Positions 11,751 to 24,680 of a stretch of DNA of 64,000 bases are shown piece by piece (position 1 is the stretch's first letter; the number at the start of each line of letters is the position of its first letter). The notes beneath the pieces are model-generated. The model ran no database searches. It had not been told where the DNA came from and saw only the letters and a list, made by a program, of their open reading frames with translations. A program made the translations under genes and the position numbers. Origin of the DNA: Anthoceros angustus. Lineage: Eukaryota > Plantae > Anthocerotophyta. Location of the stretch: positions 496,001 through 560,000 of the forward strand of contig MU008162.1 in NCBI GenBank assembly GCA_010909165.1, given 5' to 3'.

Positions 11751-13626
11751 GCATATCTGACATTCTTAGTCAACCATGACGAAGTTAAAAAAGAAGAGGT
11801 TGGAGCTGAAAAAAGTTTTACGACACGTAATCTTGATGTCCACTTTTAACATGATGGCCGGTTTCGAGCAGGGTGGCAGCGTTTTATAAGTTGTTAGGTT
11901 CAAAGCCAAAGTAGACCTGGCATCTATAAGGTCATGTATATATACGAGCTTGTAGTATGGATGCAGTATTATACAAAATATATGATGGAAAAAAACAACC
12001 AAAACGTTTTGGTGTCCGTTCTTGGTACATCAACGGCCGTCTTTGAAAATCTGCATTTTTAATCCTGTTTCTAGCATGAAATATGGAGAACTACAACTAA
12101 TAATTTTGGAGGTTTCTGCTTTGCTTTAAGTGTCGAAAGATTATTTAATTAAAAAAACTCTCTAATATTTTCATAATTTTCAGATTCAGATTGAGTTGGT
12201 CGTCTCGCACGCTAAGGAGCTCTATCTAAGGTTTGTGGCAGCCCATCCCGAAGCGACATCATTTGGAATCTACAAATATTTGAATACTCATTCTTATAAA
12301 CACGGAGATTCCAAAACCGTCTAATTATCAGGCAAATGTTTTAAAAGTTAAAGGGGAAAAAAAAAGAGGAAGGAGGGGATTATTAAGTGGACACACATAA
12401 ATGTGCTTAGAAAAGATCCTTGCTGCTTACTAGAAACCTGCACGGGGGGGGTCCCATGTGAGGAACGCAGGAGATAAAGTACAGGGGATAGGTAGTAAGG
12501 TGGCCCTTGGGACTCCACAAGTTGCACTTTGGGTTTTGTGCCCTTCAGACTATAAGACGACACAAGAAAAATGATAGAGACAGAACTGTACGGGAGCATT
12601 GCTCCATGGCATGCTTTCCATGGCAATCTACTTGTGTTTCGTTTTGTTGTTTGATCACGGTTATTGTCTGGCTGACAGTTCCTGATCTTGCTGCTTGAGT
12701 TTGTCATGTCAATCATTAATCAGCCTGTGGACTAAGCACCAAGCTTACACTGCGTGTTTGGAATTTCTCTGCTGTGCGACTTCACACTTGTGTTGAGTGT
12801 ACAGTGACTATCTCATGTACCCGTTCTGAACAGTCCTTGTGTTTTGCAAAAACGAAGGCCCACAGTCCTTGTGTTTTGCAAAAACGAAGGCCCACAGTCC
12901 ATTCAGTAAGAAACAAGGCAGTTGTCCAAGATCGTCTTTCAGTTCTGCAATAGTTGCTACCAAGAGGGCTGCAACTTACCCAGTCCCCCTGTCTCAAAAA
13001 GTCTGTCGTCCTGCATACCAGAGGAGATGCTAAGAAGCGTGAGTTAATTGTAGACCTTGCAGTCCTGTAGAAACTTACAACCAGGACCCTAACTAAACTC
13101 GAGCCCTCTCAGGCCTCAAGCTTTTGGGTCACGGAAAAAAGGGGGGATGGCGGGGGTGTGGAGCTGTACCTACGGACCTTCTCTCATCAGCCCGGCGCTT
13201 GCCTCGACCACGTCCTGGGGATCCTGCCCAAGTTTACTTTTCCATAATTCCTCATTTCTGTCTCTTTACCTCCGAATCGGTATACGTACTTTCTTGGTGT
13301 TCTTTGTCATTGTTGAATGCTGACCGGGTTTTATCCTCTCCATTGTGTACGGATAAACTAATACAAGCATTATCTGTTTGAATTTCTAGTGTGAGTGAGA
13401 AATAATATAAGTAGATAAAAATTACAGTACTTCGTAACACAATGCCTTCACAGACACAGAATGATACAGAATATCTAGAACAGAAAAGCGAATGGGACTG
13501 CACAGCACTGAGTTTCATGGGGCCTCTTCAATGGCAGTTCACTGTGAGAAATGTGTCATTGTAAGTTCACATTCAGTAAACTTACAACATTCCTAAAGCA
13601 AGGGAACTCTCCAACCACGTCCGATG

Positions 13627-15258
13627 CTATTCTGGAACGTCAGTGAAACTGGGCTGAAAGAGGTGAAAAGCATTGCTGCGCATATGAGCTATCATTCCAT
13701 GACAGAGCAGCTCCCACGAGTCCTCCAGAATGTTGTAGGCAACCCAATGTCTCCACAGAGGACCAGTATCAGAGGAACCACTGCCACTGACAGCAAAACT
13801 GAGGCAGACGGTATCGGCGACCAAGAATGCCCCGTCCAAGTACAACCTATGCTCCTTGACACCCTCAATCCTGCCCCTTTTCTTCTCATTGTGAAGGTCG
13901 ATTTGGGCAGGCTCCAACAGCAGTTGCTGCAGATGTTCGGGAAGAAGGGAGACTCTGTGCCACAACAGCCTGCTCTGGTCCAGTTCCCAGATGCCGTAGT
14001 CAAACTCCACCCTGGAAAAGGATTCACGGAGCAGCTTGATGTGTTCCGGAAGCTTGGGTCTTCTTGTCACTACCAAGACTTTTCCCACGCAAAGGACTTT
14101 GCTCCCGTGTCCGAAAAGCTTAAACACAGTGTTCAGTCGGGCCTGACATTGCGCAAGGAACTCCTCATTGTCCCAGCGGTAGCTAAGAAGAAACCTTGCA
14201 TTGTCCCAGTTTTGGCTGCGGAGAAACTTCCCATCTTCCAGCCTGTGAACGAGGAGGTCAGCAGACTGTGCCTGTGCTGTGTATAGCAGCCCCTTGCAGA
14301 CCACGTACTGGGGCCACTCCACTGCATCGTCCTCATCAGGGGTTGCATATCTATCAAACAGATATGTCAGCTCCCAGGAACCAGTTTTCGAAGAAAAGGA
14401 GTTCACTGTCAAGAGCTTTTTCCCCCGCTGCAGTCGGGGACCGATGACAAGGACTTTGAAATGCCTTCCATTCTTCTCCACTTTCAGGTCAATTACGTAA
14501 TCCGTCCTCCAGTACTCGTACTCCTCGTATGTACAATACTGTGGCGGCAACTCCCTCCAAGTCCTGGTAAGAGGGTTGACAACGCAGAAGCTCATCCTGA
14601 CCGCCTCACAGCCGCCCTCAGGCTCCCAGAACTGCACGTCTTCGTCCAGGGCTGTCCACTTCTCCACCATTCCTGGCTTCATCAGGACCGGTTCAGCTTT
14701 GAAGATGCAGAGCAAGCCATCCTGTACCACACAGTCACAAGGATAGAAACGCTGGAACCTGTCTGGAAGGAAAGAGAATCCCAGCCTGTGCACCGGCAGT
14801 CCGCGTGACGCACAAAGGTACGAAACATCTGAAGGGCGCGGCAAGCATCCCCGATCCAGTCTGCCAGGCTTGTACTCCAGAGCGCATATTGGAGCCACAG
14901 CTACAGGCCCAACAGCAGCACAAAGCTGCTTGAACCGCGGAGAGGAGAAGAGAGATCGCCAGCTCTTGCAGACGGCACACAGGCGGAATCGGGAGGTTGC
15001 AGGGAGCATCGCCAGCACTCGCTCCAGAAGCTCTTGCGGAAGGCTGCTCCATAGAGACGCCTCCATTTCCAAGCTGCTCGGGCTCAGAGGTTCAGCCAGC
15101 CGGCCCTGTAGAACCGAGAGCAGAAAGTGAGGCTCTTCAGCTTGCGCAGAGCAATGCACACACTCGTGATCCTCAGGCAGGTCGGCCAGCAGATCCCAGT
15201 CCCGCTCATCCACTTCCACATCTGAGTCCCAAGCCAGATTGCACAAACGAGGGGCCAT
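13627..15258 (-). CDS. F-box protein, single long exon (upstream exons possible)
   Basis: F-box WSSLPQELLERVLAMLPATSRFRLCAVCKSWRSLFSSPRF, plus F-box-associated motifs DGLLC, VVNPLTRTWRELP, FSSKTGSW, YNILEDSW and FQPSF. First in-frame ATG at 15258. Confidence 0.88.
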   Translation of the reverse strand: MAPRLCNLAWDSDVEVDERDWDLLADLPEDHECVHCSAQAEEPHFLLSVLQGRLAEPLSPSSLEMEASLWSSLPQELLERVLAMLPATSRFRLCAVCKSWRSLFSSPRFKQLCAAVGPVAVAPICALEYKPGRLDRGCLPRPSDVSYLCASRGLPVHRLGFSFLPDRFQRFYPCDCVVQDGLLCIFKAEPVLMKPGMVEKWTALDEDVQFWEPEGGCEAVRMSFCVVNPLTRTWRELPPQYCTYEEYEYWRTDYVIDLKVEKNGRHFKVLVIGPRLQRGKKLLTVNSFSSKTGSWELTYLFDRYATPDEDDAVEWPQYVVCKGLLYTAQAQSADLLVHRLEDGKFLRSQNWDNARFLLSYRWDNEEFLAQCQARLNTVFKLFGHGSKVLCVGKVLVVTRRPKLPEHIKLLRESFSRVEFDYGIWELDQSRLLWHRVSLLPEHLQQLLLEPAQIDLHNEKKRGRIEGVKEHRLYLDGAFLVADTVCLSFAVSGSGSSDTGPLWRHWVAYNILEDSWELLCHGMIAHMRSNAFHLFQPSFTDVPE

Positions 15259-17319
15259 TGAATAGCAATAATCACCAAAACGCAACTGTAGCTTTGCAGG
15301 ATGCCGAGGCCACACAAGCGAGTTGAGATGCAACAACAAAGGAGCAGCTCCGACTGCAGTGGCACAGCCGCAAGCTGGAGCCACCTTTAGGGCTAAAGGC
15401 AGCACACAAAACGAGAGATGACAGGACCCTCCACCTTGGAAACCATCCAAATCTGACACTCAGATTCCAAGTCGCTTGCTACGTATAAAGCACAATTAAT
15501 TAGCCACACGAAATCTCACCACACATTTACGAGATTGATGCACCCAGAGTGGCACGCCGAGTGGCACCATCGCTGAAATAGCAAGCAGACAACGTTCAAA
15601 TATCTGACAGAATGTCCAAGATCCTTACCTCTCCTCGAAATTCGGTCCCCGAGCCCACCAAGGTGCAGCAGTGCTCAACCTTCGAAACCAGCATTCCGCA
15701 GGCCGTTTTATGTTCGAGGAGCTCACATGCCTGGAGAGATTCAAACTGCACGGCGTGAACTAGTCCTGTACAGTTGCTGCGTGGGGATACACACCACAAC
15801 CGACTGCTAGATTGCAGTAGCTGGAGGCTTTCAACTTCACGGTTCTGTGCAGTGTACCAGTTCTCTCATGGAACTGCATCCGCAACAATACCTTCAATCT
15901 CGAGCTTGGATGCTGATCGGAGATTCTCATTCCTAGAAGCCATTGTACCATGTAGTGACATCTGGATCATTTCACCACAATAGCATTCGTCATGCTCATT
16001 GCAATTCTTCACACTGGGTCAATGTGGAATCCAAATACTTGTCATCCCCAGGACTACATTCGACTGGACGATGCTGGAAGAAAGAAGAACAGGTGAAATG
16101 CTCTGAACTGGGCAGTGTGAACACACGGAACGTACGTCCAAGGCAAACATTTAGTGCCATGCCTACTCAACGAATGTCAGGGCCAACGGCAGAGCGCACA
16201 TTGGATTTCCGTAGAAGTAAATGCTAGCCATGAAAAATGGCGGCAAACCACGTCACCAGTCATCACGTTCAAATTGCCACTGCTGAACGTCAGCATGCGG
16301 GAAACCGAGGCGAGCCGTCCGCAATTGGCTTCCGTGTCTATCCAGGAATACGGATGTGCCACCAATCTGGCAAGCAACTTGCGACACTTGTGATCATCAT
16401 GAGAGGGCAGATGTACGTACATCGGTTCCTGGAGTCACCGGACAGCAGGGGAACAGGCGGCCAAGCTCCCGCTTTCTGATCCTGTTGCTCACCTTCAGAC
16501 ATCCGTACTGAGGCTCCTCCACTCCCAAAATCTAAGCCGAGCTCAAAATCCACGCAGATTTTGCTAGCCATCCTGTACCGCGAATGATCGCAGGTGGCAA
16601 GCATTGAAAGCTTTTTGCACAAATTCAGCTTCACCGGGTATTGGAAAAGTTGAAATCGCCGAATGTTTTCTCTCCTCCCAGGAGCCGATCCCATTGTCGT
16701 GCGGAAGGAGGAGGAAGAAATGCGGTGTCTCATGCCGGACATTCTCTGTCCCACCGTCGTCCTCTGCTGACTCCTCGCAGGCTGCAGCATGCTCTCATCA
16801 GAGCCACCAACTGCCAGGTCATGTACATGTTCGCTGTTTGGGGAAACAGTAGAAAAACTCTCATATGCAGTTGCATACGGGCTCTCATATGCAGTTGCAT
16901 ACGGGCTTCATAAGTCACGACTTCCGAGGCGTATTGTCCCAGATCGCCTACGATCGTGTCGGAAGTACTCTCCGCATGTTTCCTGCTTCACGCGTTGCAT
17001 CCTGAAGGCGAGATGGAGGGCGACGGCGGCAGTTCCTGCTTGTTGCCCATCCGCCACTGCTGCATGCTGGTGCGTGATCCACTGTGGGATTGTGACCGCC
17101 CTCCTGGGATTTTCACAACAGGCTTGGAGCCCCGATCAGGATGTCGATTACCAGGTATGGGGAGAAAGGTGACAAATTTGAAGATAAAATTGTGGGCGTT
17201 TCCATGTTGGATGATAGGATTGGGGGCGTTTCCATGTTGGATGATACGGTTGTGGGCGTTTTAATGTTGGGTTTCATGTTAGATGAGGAGGTTCTGACTG
17301 CTGGGGATTTCTGTGCAGA

Positions 17320-19771
17320 ATGTCTTGGGTTTCCACTGCTAAGGGGTTGTTTGTGGTATCGACCTTTGTGCTTCGGAAATTCCTTTTACCACTTTTACGA
17401 GAGTTCAATGTGCTGGAGTACCTCAAGCTTCTGTCGAAGGGAACCCTTAGAGTGCTGCTGAATGGGTTGATGCTTCTGTGCATGGTTCTCCAGCTGCTTC
17501 GGTACTTCCCTCGTCGTAAAGACCAGCAGTCATTTCTGGCTCGGTTGGGGCTATTGGCATTCAACACGGAATATGTGCTTGCTATCTACACAATGCAAGC
17601 TTTTCTGGAGGCACATGAATTGAAGCTGAGGCATGTGGATGATGTGTGGCTTGCAATTCTTCTCTTCAATCTTGGTGGTTCCGATGGCAGTAGCACCTAC
17701 TTCTCTTGTGGAGATGATGACCTCTGTTGGGAACGAGCTGTCAGCCTGTTAGTCCAGGTAAGTTGTGTTCATATGGAATTCTTGCAGATATTCTGCATTT
17801 ATCTCTGAGGCTTCTCAGCGTCAAAGACCTCTGACATGCATGTACTACTGGGGCCCTGGACATATGCAGGTTGGGAGTATTTTCAAAGTGATATATGAAT
17901 CAGTATGCCGCAGTTGGGACTGTCGCAGTCTGAGTGTAGTGATCCTAGGTTTGGCTGGAACTTACAGGTGCACAGAGCGGGTCATAGCTCTGAAGAAATC
18001 CGCGGCTGCTCACTCGAACTACCTTGCCTTGAGACAGCAAATGGTGATGGAGCTTGATGGACGCGTTTCCAAGCCTGCGCATTCCCATTCCCCTAGGTAT
18101 AACTTCTTTGTTCAAGGGGAGCAAGAAGCCTTTCATCACTTGCTGGGGAAGCAGCCTAGCTGCTTCTGTAGTGGAGAGGTCTCTGAAAGGATTCAACACC
18201 TTACCAGAGTTGTGTTGCTTTCGGAGATGCTGCAACAGCAATACGCACCTCTACAGAAGCAGGAAACAAGGAATGGACTGAATGTTGTAGACACATGTGC
18301 AGCTTTCGCCCTTTTCAAGATGCTTAGAGGAGGCCTGACAGACCTTCAGATGCTTAATGAGGAGCAGCAGAAGATCCACATGTTTTTCACTGTGGAATTG
18401 AGCCAGAGGGTTGATGGCACAGACAGAATAATCAGACTGCTTGATGCGGAGCTTCGCTTTGTGGTGGACAGCATCCAGAACAAATCATACGGGACAGATT
18501 GCTCTTGGATTATGGTTATATTGCAAGGACTCTCCTTCCTGATTATACTCGTAGCTTCAGCTGTCGTTTCAACTCTTGCTGGAAAGGGTAACGGAGGACT
18601 GATCACAGGTGTCTCATTTGCCTGTGGAATTGTCATCCAGGTGTGGCAGCTCGTTAGGCTGATCCGGTCTGACTGGACAATTGTCTGGCTGGCTTGCATG
18701 TATGTGATTGGAATCCGAGAGAGCAATAGACTACAGAAGAAATTGAGTGGACGTCTGGAAAAGTCTAATTTCAACTCGTTTGATGATGTGCGTAAAAGAC
18801 TTGTCGGTGTTTGCACATTCAAAGCTTGGAACCTGCTGGCAGCCATGTCACTCTGCACTCTGTCAAGCTGGTTATACTGTACGAAGGCTGAAACAGGTTA
18901 CCGGACAAACGAGATGGGGCAAGTTTCACAGATCTCAAGGAGCAAGAAGCCGTTGAGGCTGTATGGAGAGAAAGTGCGCTTGGTTGAAGCTTTTCTCATA
19001 GAAAGAGTTCTCCAGCGCTGCTCGCTTTGCAAGCCGGGAATGCAGCATGAAGCAATAAAACACTCCATAGCTCAGGTGACTGGATATTCTCTGAGCCACC
19101 ATAGCCATAGCAGATTGTTCAGGTGGGCAAGTGCAACAGACCTAGTCAATGCGCTGGCAACATGGGAGATCGCTACAAGCTTGTGTGAGATTGAGATGAT
19201 GGCACCACCGGGGAAAAGGGGCTCTGCATGGTGTCTATTCAGGCGGATTGAGTTCGGGTTCATGGCACCAACTGATCAGAAAACTGTCACATTTTCATGG
19301 GCCGAAAATATGGAGATGGCGAGGCATATATCAAGGTATGTCCTCTACTTGCTGGTGGAGAAGCCGGACATCCTGTCACACTCTGCCAGGGATAAGTATG
19401 CACGTTCAGTTACAGAGCTTCAAGGGATCCTTCTTGGTTCAAAAGACCCACTGAAAAGGCTGCTGACAGGAAGCAAAGCAAAGAGATACATCAACGATTT
19501 GACACACAGGTGCTCAGGAGATCTGGATGGTCTGAGACTTGAGCCGTGGCAGGCTGGGCGGGTTCTTGCGCACTTGTTGATAAAGCACCTGGACAGTCAG
19601 AAGCGGTGGGCTCTTCTAGCTGACATATGGACAGACTTCCTCATCACTATTGCTGTTTCTCAGAGACCAGAACAACGGCTTCAGCTGTTTCTGCTGGACG
19701 GAGAGTTTATGTCTCACATTTCACTGCTGCTTGGTCACATGGGTTTCTGGACGGAGAGTGTAAGACATTGA
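17320..19771 (+). CDS. DUF4220/DUF594 membrane protein; exons 17320-17757 and 17870-19771
   Basis: WLAILLFNLGGSDG..Y..GDDDLCWERAVSLLVQ|V (DUF4220-like), FALFK, LDAELRFVVD, ARHISRYVLYLLVEKPDIL, and C-terminal RWALLADIWTDFL...GEFMSHISLLLGHMG (DUF594-like). Intron gtaag...tgcag. Confidence 0.8.
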
Positions 19772-20237
19772 CGGCCGGCTAAAGATTTATTATTGGCTGC
19801 ACGGATGCTCAATTTCTGACGACTTTGTCGATAAAAGATGACCTTTCACAAGAGCTTTCATCAGCTGCACATATTTGCTACCTCTGGTCGGTGTTGTGCT
19901 AATTGCTGACTACTACATACATAGTTCCGTGCGCTTGCATGAACTCGTTCTCCCACGGCGCTATGTGGTTGCCGCTGTGCAGAAGCTCTCCTGCTAACAC
20001 CAGATACCAATGGTAGTTGTATCGCCATAGCCAAAGCGCTCCACGGAGTCGAAACAAGCTGCTGGTCACTAAATTCCGGACTCGTTTCTGTGCAAGTATT
20101 TTTCTCTGTCAGTGGATCCTTCGTTTCCAAACCATTTCATCTACATAAACATAGGATGCATAGCTTAGAGCGGAAGATGATATCCTAAGGATATTACCAA
20201 CAAGCATCAGACGACAGGTGAAGAAAGGTAGGTCTGG

Positions 20238-20912
20238 TTACATGAAAGTGGCGTACTTCGCTTGTAACAGCTTTCCTTCGAGCAGCGCCTCCTTGTCGCT
20301 GATGAAAACAGACTTCGACACAACCTCGGGGCTCAATCCAGAAGCGAACAGAGCTGCAGGCAGCATTTGAAGCCCGGGATGCTCCGCGTTCATGACGCTT
20401 ATGCTGGAGGCATGCTCCGTCCCCGTGTTGTGCTGGAAGTGAAGCAAACCCTTGGGAAAGATAAAGGCCTCCCCTTGGTGGACAGTTTGAGCATACAGTT
20501 TGTTGTCATTGCTCACAAACCCGGTGTGCATGGAGCCTTCCAGCACAAACAGCAGCTCGGAGGCTTCCGGATGAGTGTGCGGCGGAATTATGCCTCCTGG
20601 TGCCAGATCCAGGCGCGCTATGCTCATTCCCAGCGTGTTCAGCCCCGGCCAGTTTTTGACCGTTCCAAATGTCGCTGTAGCATTAAATGCGTTTTCTGTG
20701 TCCCCTCTCTTCTTCAGGTCGGAGTATTTGAAAGCCGCGGGAGAGACGTTTGGGCTAGGCGTGCATGGATACCAAGGATAACGAAGGGCCGATGGCCTTG
20801 GTTGGCTCAGATCCGCCACGCACATATCGTATGCCAGTGAAAACATCTGCTTTGCACCCAGTGTCAAGCAGAGGAACAGCAGGAGCACCAACGGCACTGG
20901 TGCACCCGCCAT
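20238..20912 (-). CDS. Germin-like protein (cupin), intronless, secreted
   Basis: Signal peptide, DMCVAD box A, PGLNTLGMS, germin box PPHTHPEASE, FPKGLLHFQHN. Confidence 0.93.
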   Translation of the reverse strand: MAGAPVPLVLLLFLCLTLGAKQMFSLAYDMCVADLSQPRPSALRYPWYPCTPSPNVSPAAFKYSDLKKRGDTENAFNATATFGTVKNWPGLNTLGMSIARLDLAPGGIIPPHTHPEASELLFVLEGSMHTGFVSNDNKLYAQTVHQGEAFIFPKGLLHFQHNTGTEHASSISVMNAEHPGLQMLPAALFASGLSPEVVSKSVFISDKEALLEGKLLQAKYATFM

Positions 20913-20960
20913 GATTTGTGGTATGGGCGGTACGAATTGAATCGCTCGATCCATGTAGCA

Positions 20961-20970
20961 CCTTATATAG
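20961..20970 (-). promoter_or_regulatory. TATA box of germin-like gene
   Basis: CTATATAAGG on the minus strand about 50 nt upstream of ATG 20912. Confidence 0.55.
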
Positions 20971-21689
20971 CTCGTATCTAGCCAGAGTGCCACGCCTGGA
21001 GCATGTGGAAGGAATAAAGACTACGCCGTGTTGTAGCGTACACCGGCATCGCATCCTTGGAATGTGTAGCAATTGCGGAACCTAATAGGGGATCCTTACG
21101 GAAGAGATTCTTCTGACCGGGGCAAGTTTTTGTAGTTACGTACTATATATATATATATAAGTTCTTTATTTATTTATTTTTTAATCTTCACTTTAACAAT
21201 TTGATTGCTTTGGGTCTTTAAAGTATGCATTTAGGTACCATATCTTATTGGAAACTGTAAAACATAAACCAATATAAGTGAGCAATTATCATTTTTTGTA
21301 ATGTTGATAGAATCTTAGATTTTTGGTCCTTGGATTTTTGTGGATTTTTGGATGGGAGATTCTCATATGAGGGTCATCCTATGAATGAGTGTATGACTAC
21401 AATCTTTGATAAAAATATCATGTGGTATGAAATACTGAACTTAAAGTGTGCATATATATATATATATACAGTGATATTTTTGACTTTCTATACGAATTTA
21501 TATGCATGACTGTGAGTTTCATGAAGAAGAATCTTATTAAGCGGGTGTATGTAAAAGATCCAAACGGTTTAGAAGGTTTTTTAGGACTGGTTAGTCTCAC
21601 CAAATAGATATAAAGTAAAAATATTATGTGATATTATAGCATCCTTGAACCACACTTGTTAGTTTTTGGAGGTCTTCGAGCTCATCCTT

Positions 21690-21960
21690 GCTAGTTTGAG
21701 CAAAATCACGTCTTCGAAGTCATTCTTACTAGTTTGAGCAAAAGCACATATCCTTCAAGAGGATAGGGAAGTCTTTGGAGGCTAGTCTTTCTAGTTTGAA
21801 GCAAAACTACTTATTAGGTCATTTGGAGATCGTTTTTACTAGTTTGTAGTAAACCCACATCTACTCTATCGTGAAGGGTCAATCTCACTTGTTTGGAGCA
21901 AAACCACATTTGCTAGGTGATGGAGGATCAATCTCACTAGTTTAGAGCAAAACCATATGT
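21690..21960. repeat. Degenerate short-period repeat
   Basis: About 6 variants of ctagtttgagcaaaa(n)cac. Confidence 0.6.
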
Positions 21961-22557
21961 ACCATAGAGCAAAGACTTGCTCAAAGTACATAAGTAGCTT
22001 AGGCACACAAGTTGTGAACTATGAAGTCCCATATAGTGTAAGATATTTTTTCTTTTTTCCTTGTATTGGATGTGTAAACTGGCTGATATGGAACAACGTA
22101 CATAGTTGCCACCGGTCGTGGCATCGACCACTTGAGTAAACGGATGACGGTTGTCGGCCATGTGTAAGGATACGAAGTGGTAAAGCACACTTTCATGCCA
22201 CCAGTCGTGGCATGAAGCATTGGAGTGTCCGAATGACGGTTGCAACCCCTGCATGGTACCAGCTGCACTCAACGTGGAGGGCTGCGCTGCGCGGTGGCAT
22301 CGCAGGCTGGAGGCTGCCAAGCTCCAAGATGAAAGCCCAGGCAGGAGTGCAAGAGTGCGCCAGATCTCAGCCGCTGCCTTCCCCTCGGCCTCGCTAAAGC
22401 TATGTTCCAAGCCAGCAAGTTTGCTGCATCATACGGCACCAGCTCAAATCGTTGTCACTCGCTTGTTGCACCTCCATTCCGGCAGCTGTGTGGACTAGGC
22501 CGATCGACTAGGTCGATCGCCCGACCCCTAATCCGCAGCGCTACCAGGAGCCTGGCC

Positions 22558-23676
22558 ATGGCGACCCCCGAGCACGACAAGTTCAAGAACCTCCCGCCGC
22601 AGCACCAGGACCGGCACCCCGGGCTGGAGCACGAGCTGGATCCCCGCCCCGTCTACTTCCCGCAGCACTACCGCGCGGCAGGTGATGTGACGTACACGGA
22701 GACCTTGGGGCGCGAGAGTTGCTTCGAAGAACTGAAGGGAAGAATTAAGGTTTGATGCCGATACCGAGCGGCGTCGTGTTCGAGTCGTCTCAAACAGTCT
22801 TGTTGCGTGTCCAGGGAAGCTGGAAGGGAGGGTTGCGCTGATCACGGGCGGGGACTCGGGGATCGGGCGCTCCGTGGCGTGCTTGTTCGCGGCCGAGGGA
22901 GCTCAGATCGCCTTCACGTACAAGGCGGGGGCGGGGGAGGAGAAGGACAGGGACGCGACCGTCAAGGCCGTGGGGGACATCACGCAGAACAAGGCCAAGG
23001 CGATCGCAATCGGGGTGGACCTGGGGTTCGAGGAGCAGTGCAGGCACGTGGTGGAGGAGGTGGTGAAGCAGTTCGGCCGCATCGACATCCTGGTGAACAA
23101 TGCCTCGGAGCAGATAGTGCGAACCAGCGTGGACGAGATTCCGCCCGAGCAGGTGGAGCGGACCTTCCGCAGCAACATCTTCTCGCAGTTCTTCCTCACC
23201 AGCCACGCTGTGAAGCACATGAAGGTGAGGGAGTGTCGATGAAAGTGAGGAATCGAGAAATGGCGTATGGAGAGAGAGCTTACGGACGTACTTGTTGCTG
23301 GCCATGGATGCAGGAAGGGAGCAGCATCATCAATACCACGTCCGTGGTGGCGTACAAGGGGAATCCTATTCTGCTGGACTACACTGCCACCAAGGGAGCG
23401 ATTCTGGCCTTCACCAAGGGTTTGTCTAAGCAGCTGGTGTCCAAGGGGATTCGGGTGAATGCGGTCGCTCCGGGCCCCATCTGGACGCCTTTGATCGCCG
23501 CCTCCTTCCCTGCGGATAAGATTGAGAAGGGCAGGTTCGGTGGATCCACTCCGATGGGTCGACCTGGGCAGCCTTACGAGGTGGCCACCTCCTACGTTTT
23601 CCTCGCATCCCAGGATGCGTCTTACATCTCCGGCCAGGTTATCCATGTTAACGGTGGGGATACCGTTACCTCTTAG
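22558..23676 (+). CDS. Short-chain dehydrogenase, glucose and ribitol dehydrogenase (GRDH)-like; exons 22558-22681, 22815-23224, 23314-23676
   Basis: PPQHQ..PGLE..LDPRP, GKLEGRVALITGGDSGIGR, IDILVNNASEQ, FRSNIFS, LLDYTATKGA (YxxxK), GIRVNAVAPGPIWTPLI. Upstream in-frame ATG at 22402. Confidence 0.93.
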
Positions 23677-24120
23677 GAATGGTGATCCTGCTGTATATAA
23701 AGAGCACACAACTCCTTTTGTACATTCATTGGCTTGTTACTTTACCGCTTCTCCGCTAGGCTTTCCGAAAATGCGGTCGAACTTTCCGATAGGTCCAGCT
23801 TCTCCCCCTAAAGCAGCTGGATCATTTCGGTTCCCATCTTCCAATGTGCGATTTCCGGGCCTTGTGTGCCACTGCCTACCACAAACATGCAGTGGGTGTA
23901 ATGCTCCTGACGTAGATGCGGAGTTTGCAAAAGCAGCAGTTGCACAACACATGGCTCCTCTCTTGCTCCTGAGAGCGGAGATATTATCCAAGCAGGTAGA
24001 TGTGAAGAAATTACCGTGGCACAAATTATGCAACAGATTCTCCAAAAAGGAGCGTGAGGCAAAGGGCTGTTCGGAATAGCCGCAACAAGAAAAAAGTACG
24101 AAACGGCAAATCATAAAATT

Positions 24121-24193
24121 TTCCGTTGCCGGGACTCGAACCCGGGTCGCTCGGGTGAGAGCCGAGTATCCTAACCGTCTAGACTACAACGGA
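24121..24193 (-). tRNA. tRNA-Glu(CTC)
   Basis: Reverse complement TCCGTTGTAGTCTAGACGGTTAGGATACTCGGCTCTCACCCGAGCGACCCGGGTTCGAGTCCCGGCAACGGAA: cloverleaf, anticodon CTC, downstream TTTT. Confidence 0.96.
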
Positions 24194-24439
24194 TACACAC
24201 TAGTGCATCATCAATTTAGAAATCCAAATCTTTTCTAATGCTTTGCTGGGCATCTGCGCTTCAATCGGTACTTAGATGGGGTGCCTAAAGGGAGTGGATG
24301 TCCTTGGTGCAAGTAGCTTAGACACACCATACTACAAGTTATTAAGTACCAAGTCCCATGACGGAAATCCATCCTTAGTGGACTTAAATAGAATTCTTCT
24401 TCTTCTTCTTCCAATGCCTTTGGTAGATTGAATGTTCTA

Positions 24440-24680
24440 TATATTATTGAATTAGTTGAGGATGTATCTCCAGCAGTTGGTGCAATATATAAGATAGCCC
24501 ATGCAAGTGCCCTTTGGAGGGCAATGGACACTTGTTGCCAATATATAAGATAGCCCATGCAAGTGCCCTTTGGAGGGCAATGGACACTTGTTGCCAAGAG
24601 AATGCTGTCAAATAGGATAGAGATATGTAGCCCTGCTCCGTATCCCTATGATTTAATAAATTTATCAAAGTCTGGGTCAT
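24440..24680 (-). mobile_element. CRE-like LINE C-terminal fragment with an internal 56-bp duplication
   Basis: LSYLTAFSWQQVSIALQRALAWAILY, the same motif as the copies at 9.7, 32 and 38.7 kb. Confidence 0.55.

Noticed and set aside
13165-13195. Hammerhead ribozyme core (CTGATGA on the minus strand)
   Set aside because: No stem II followed by GAAA, and no stem III.
13624-14286. Long antisense ORFs over the F-box, SDR, ERF, KIN17 and uL3 genes
   Set aside because: Shadow frames of GC-rich coding sequence with no independent evidence.
15560-16800. Possible minus-strand exons upstream of the F-box gene
   Set aside because: Splice-like sites exist but no coherent or recognisable protein could be assembled.
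21940-21950. GTTTTAGAGC resembling a Cas9 repeat
   Set aside because: A single 10-nt chance match within a degenerate plant repeat.
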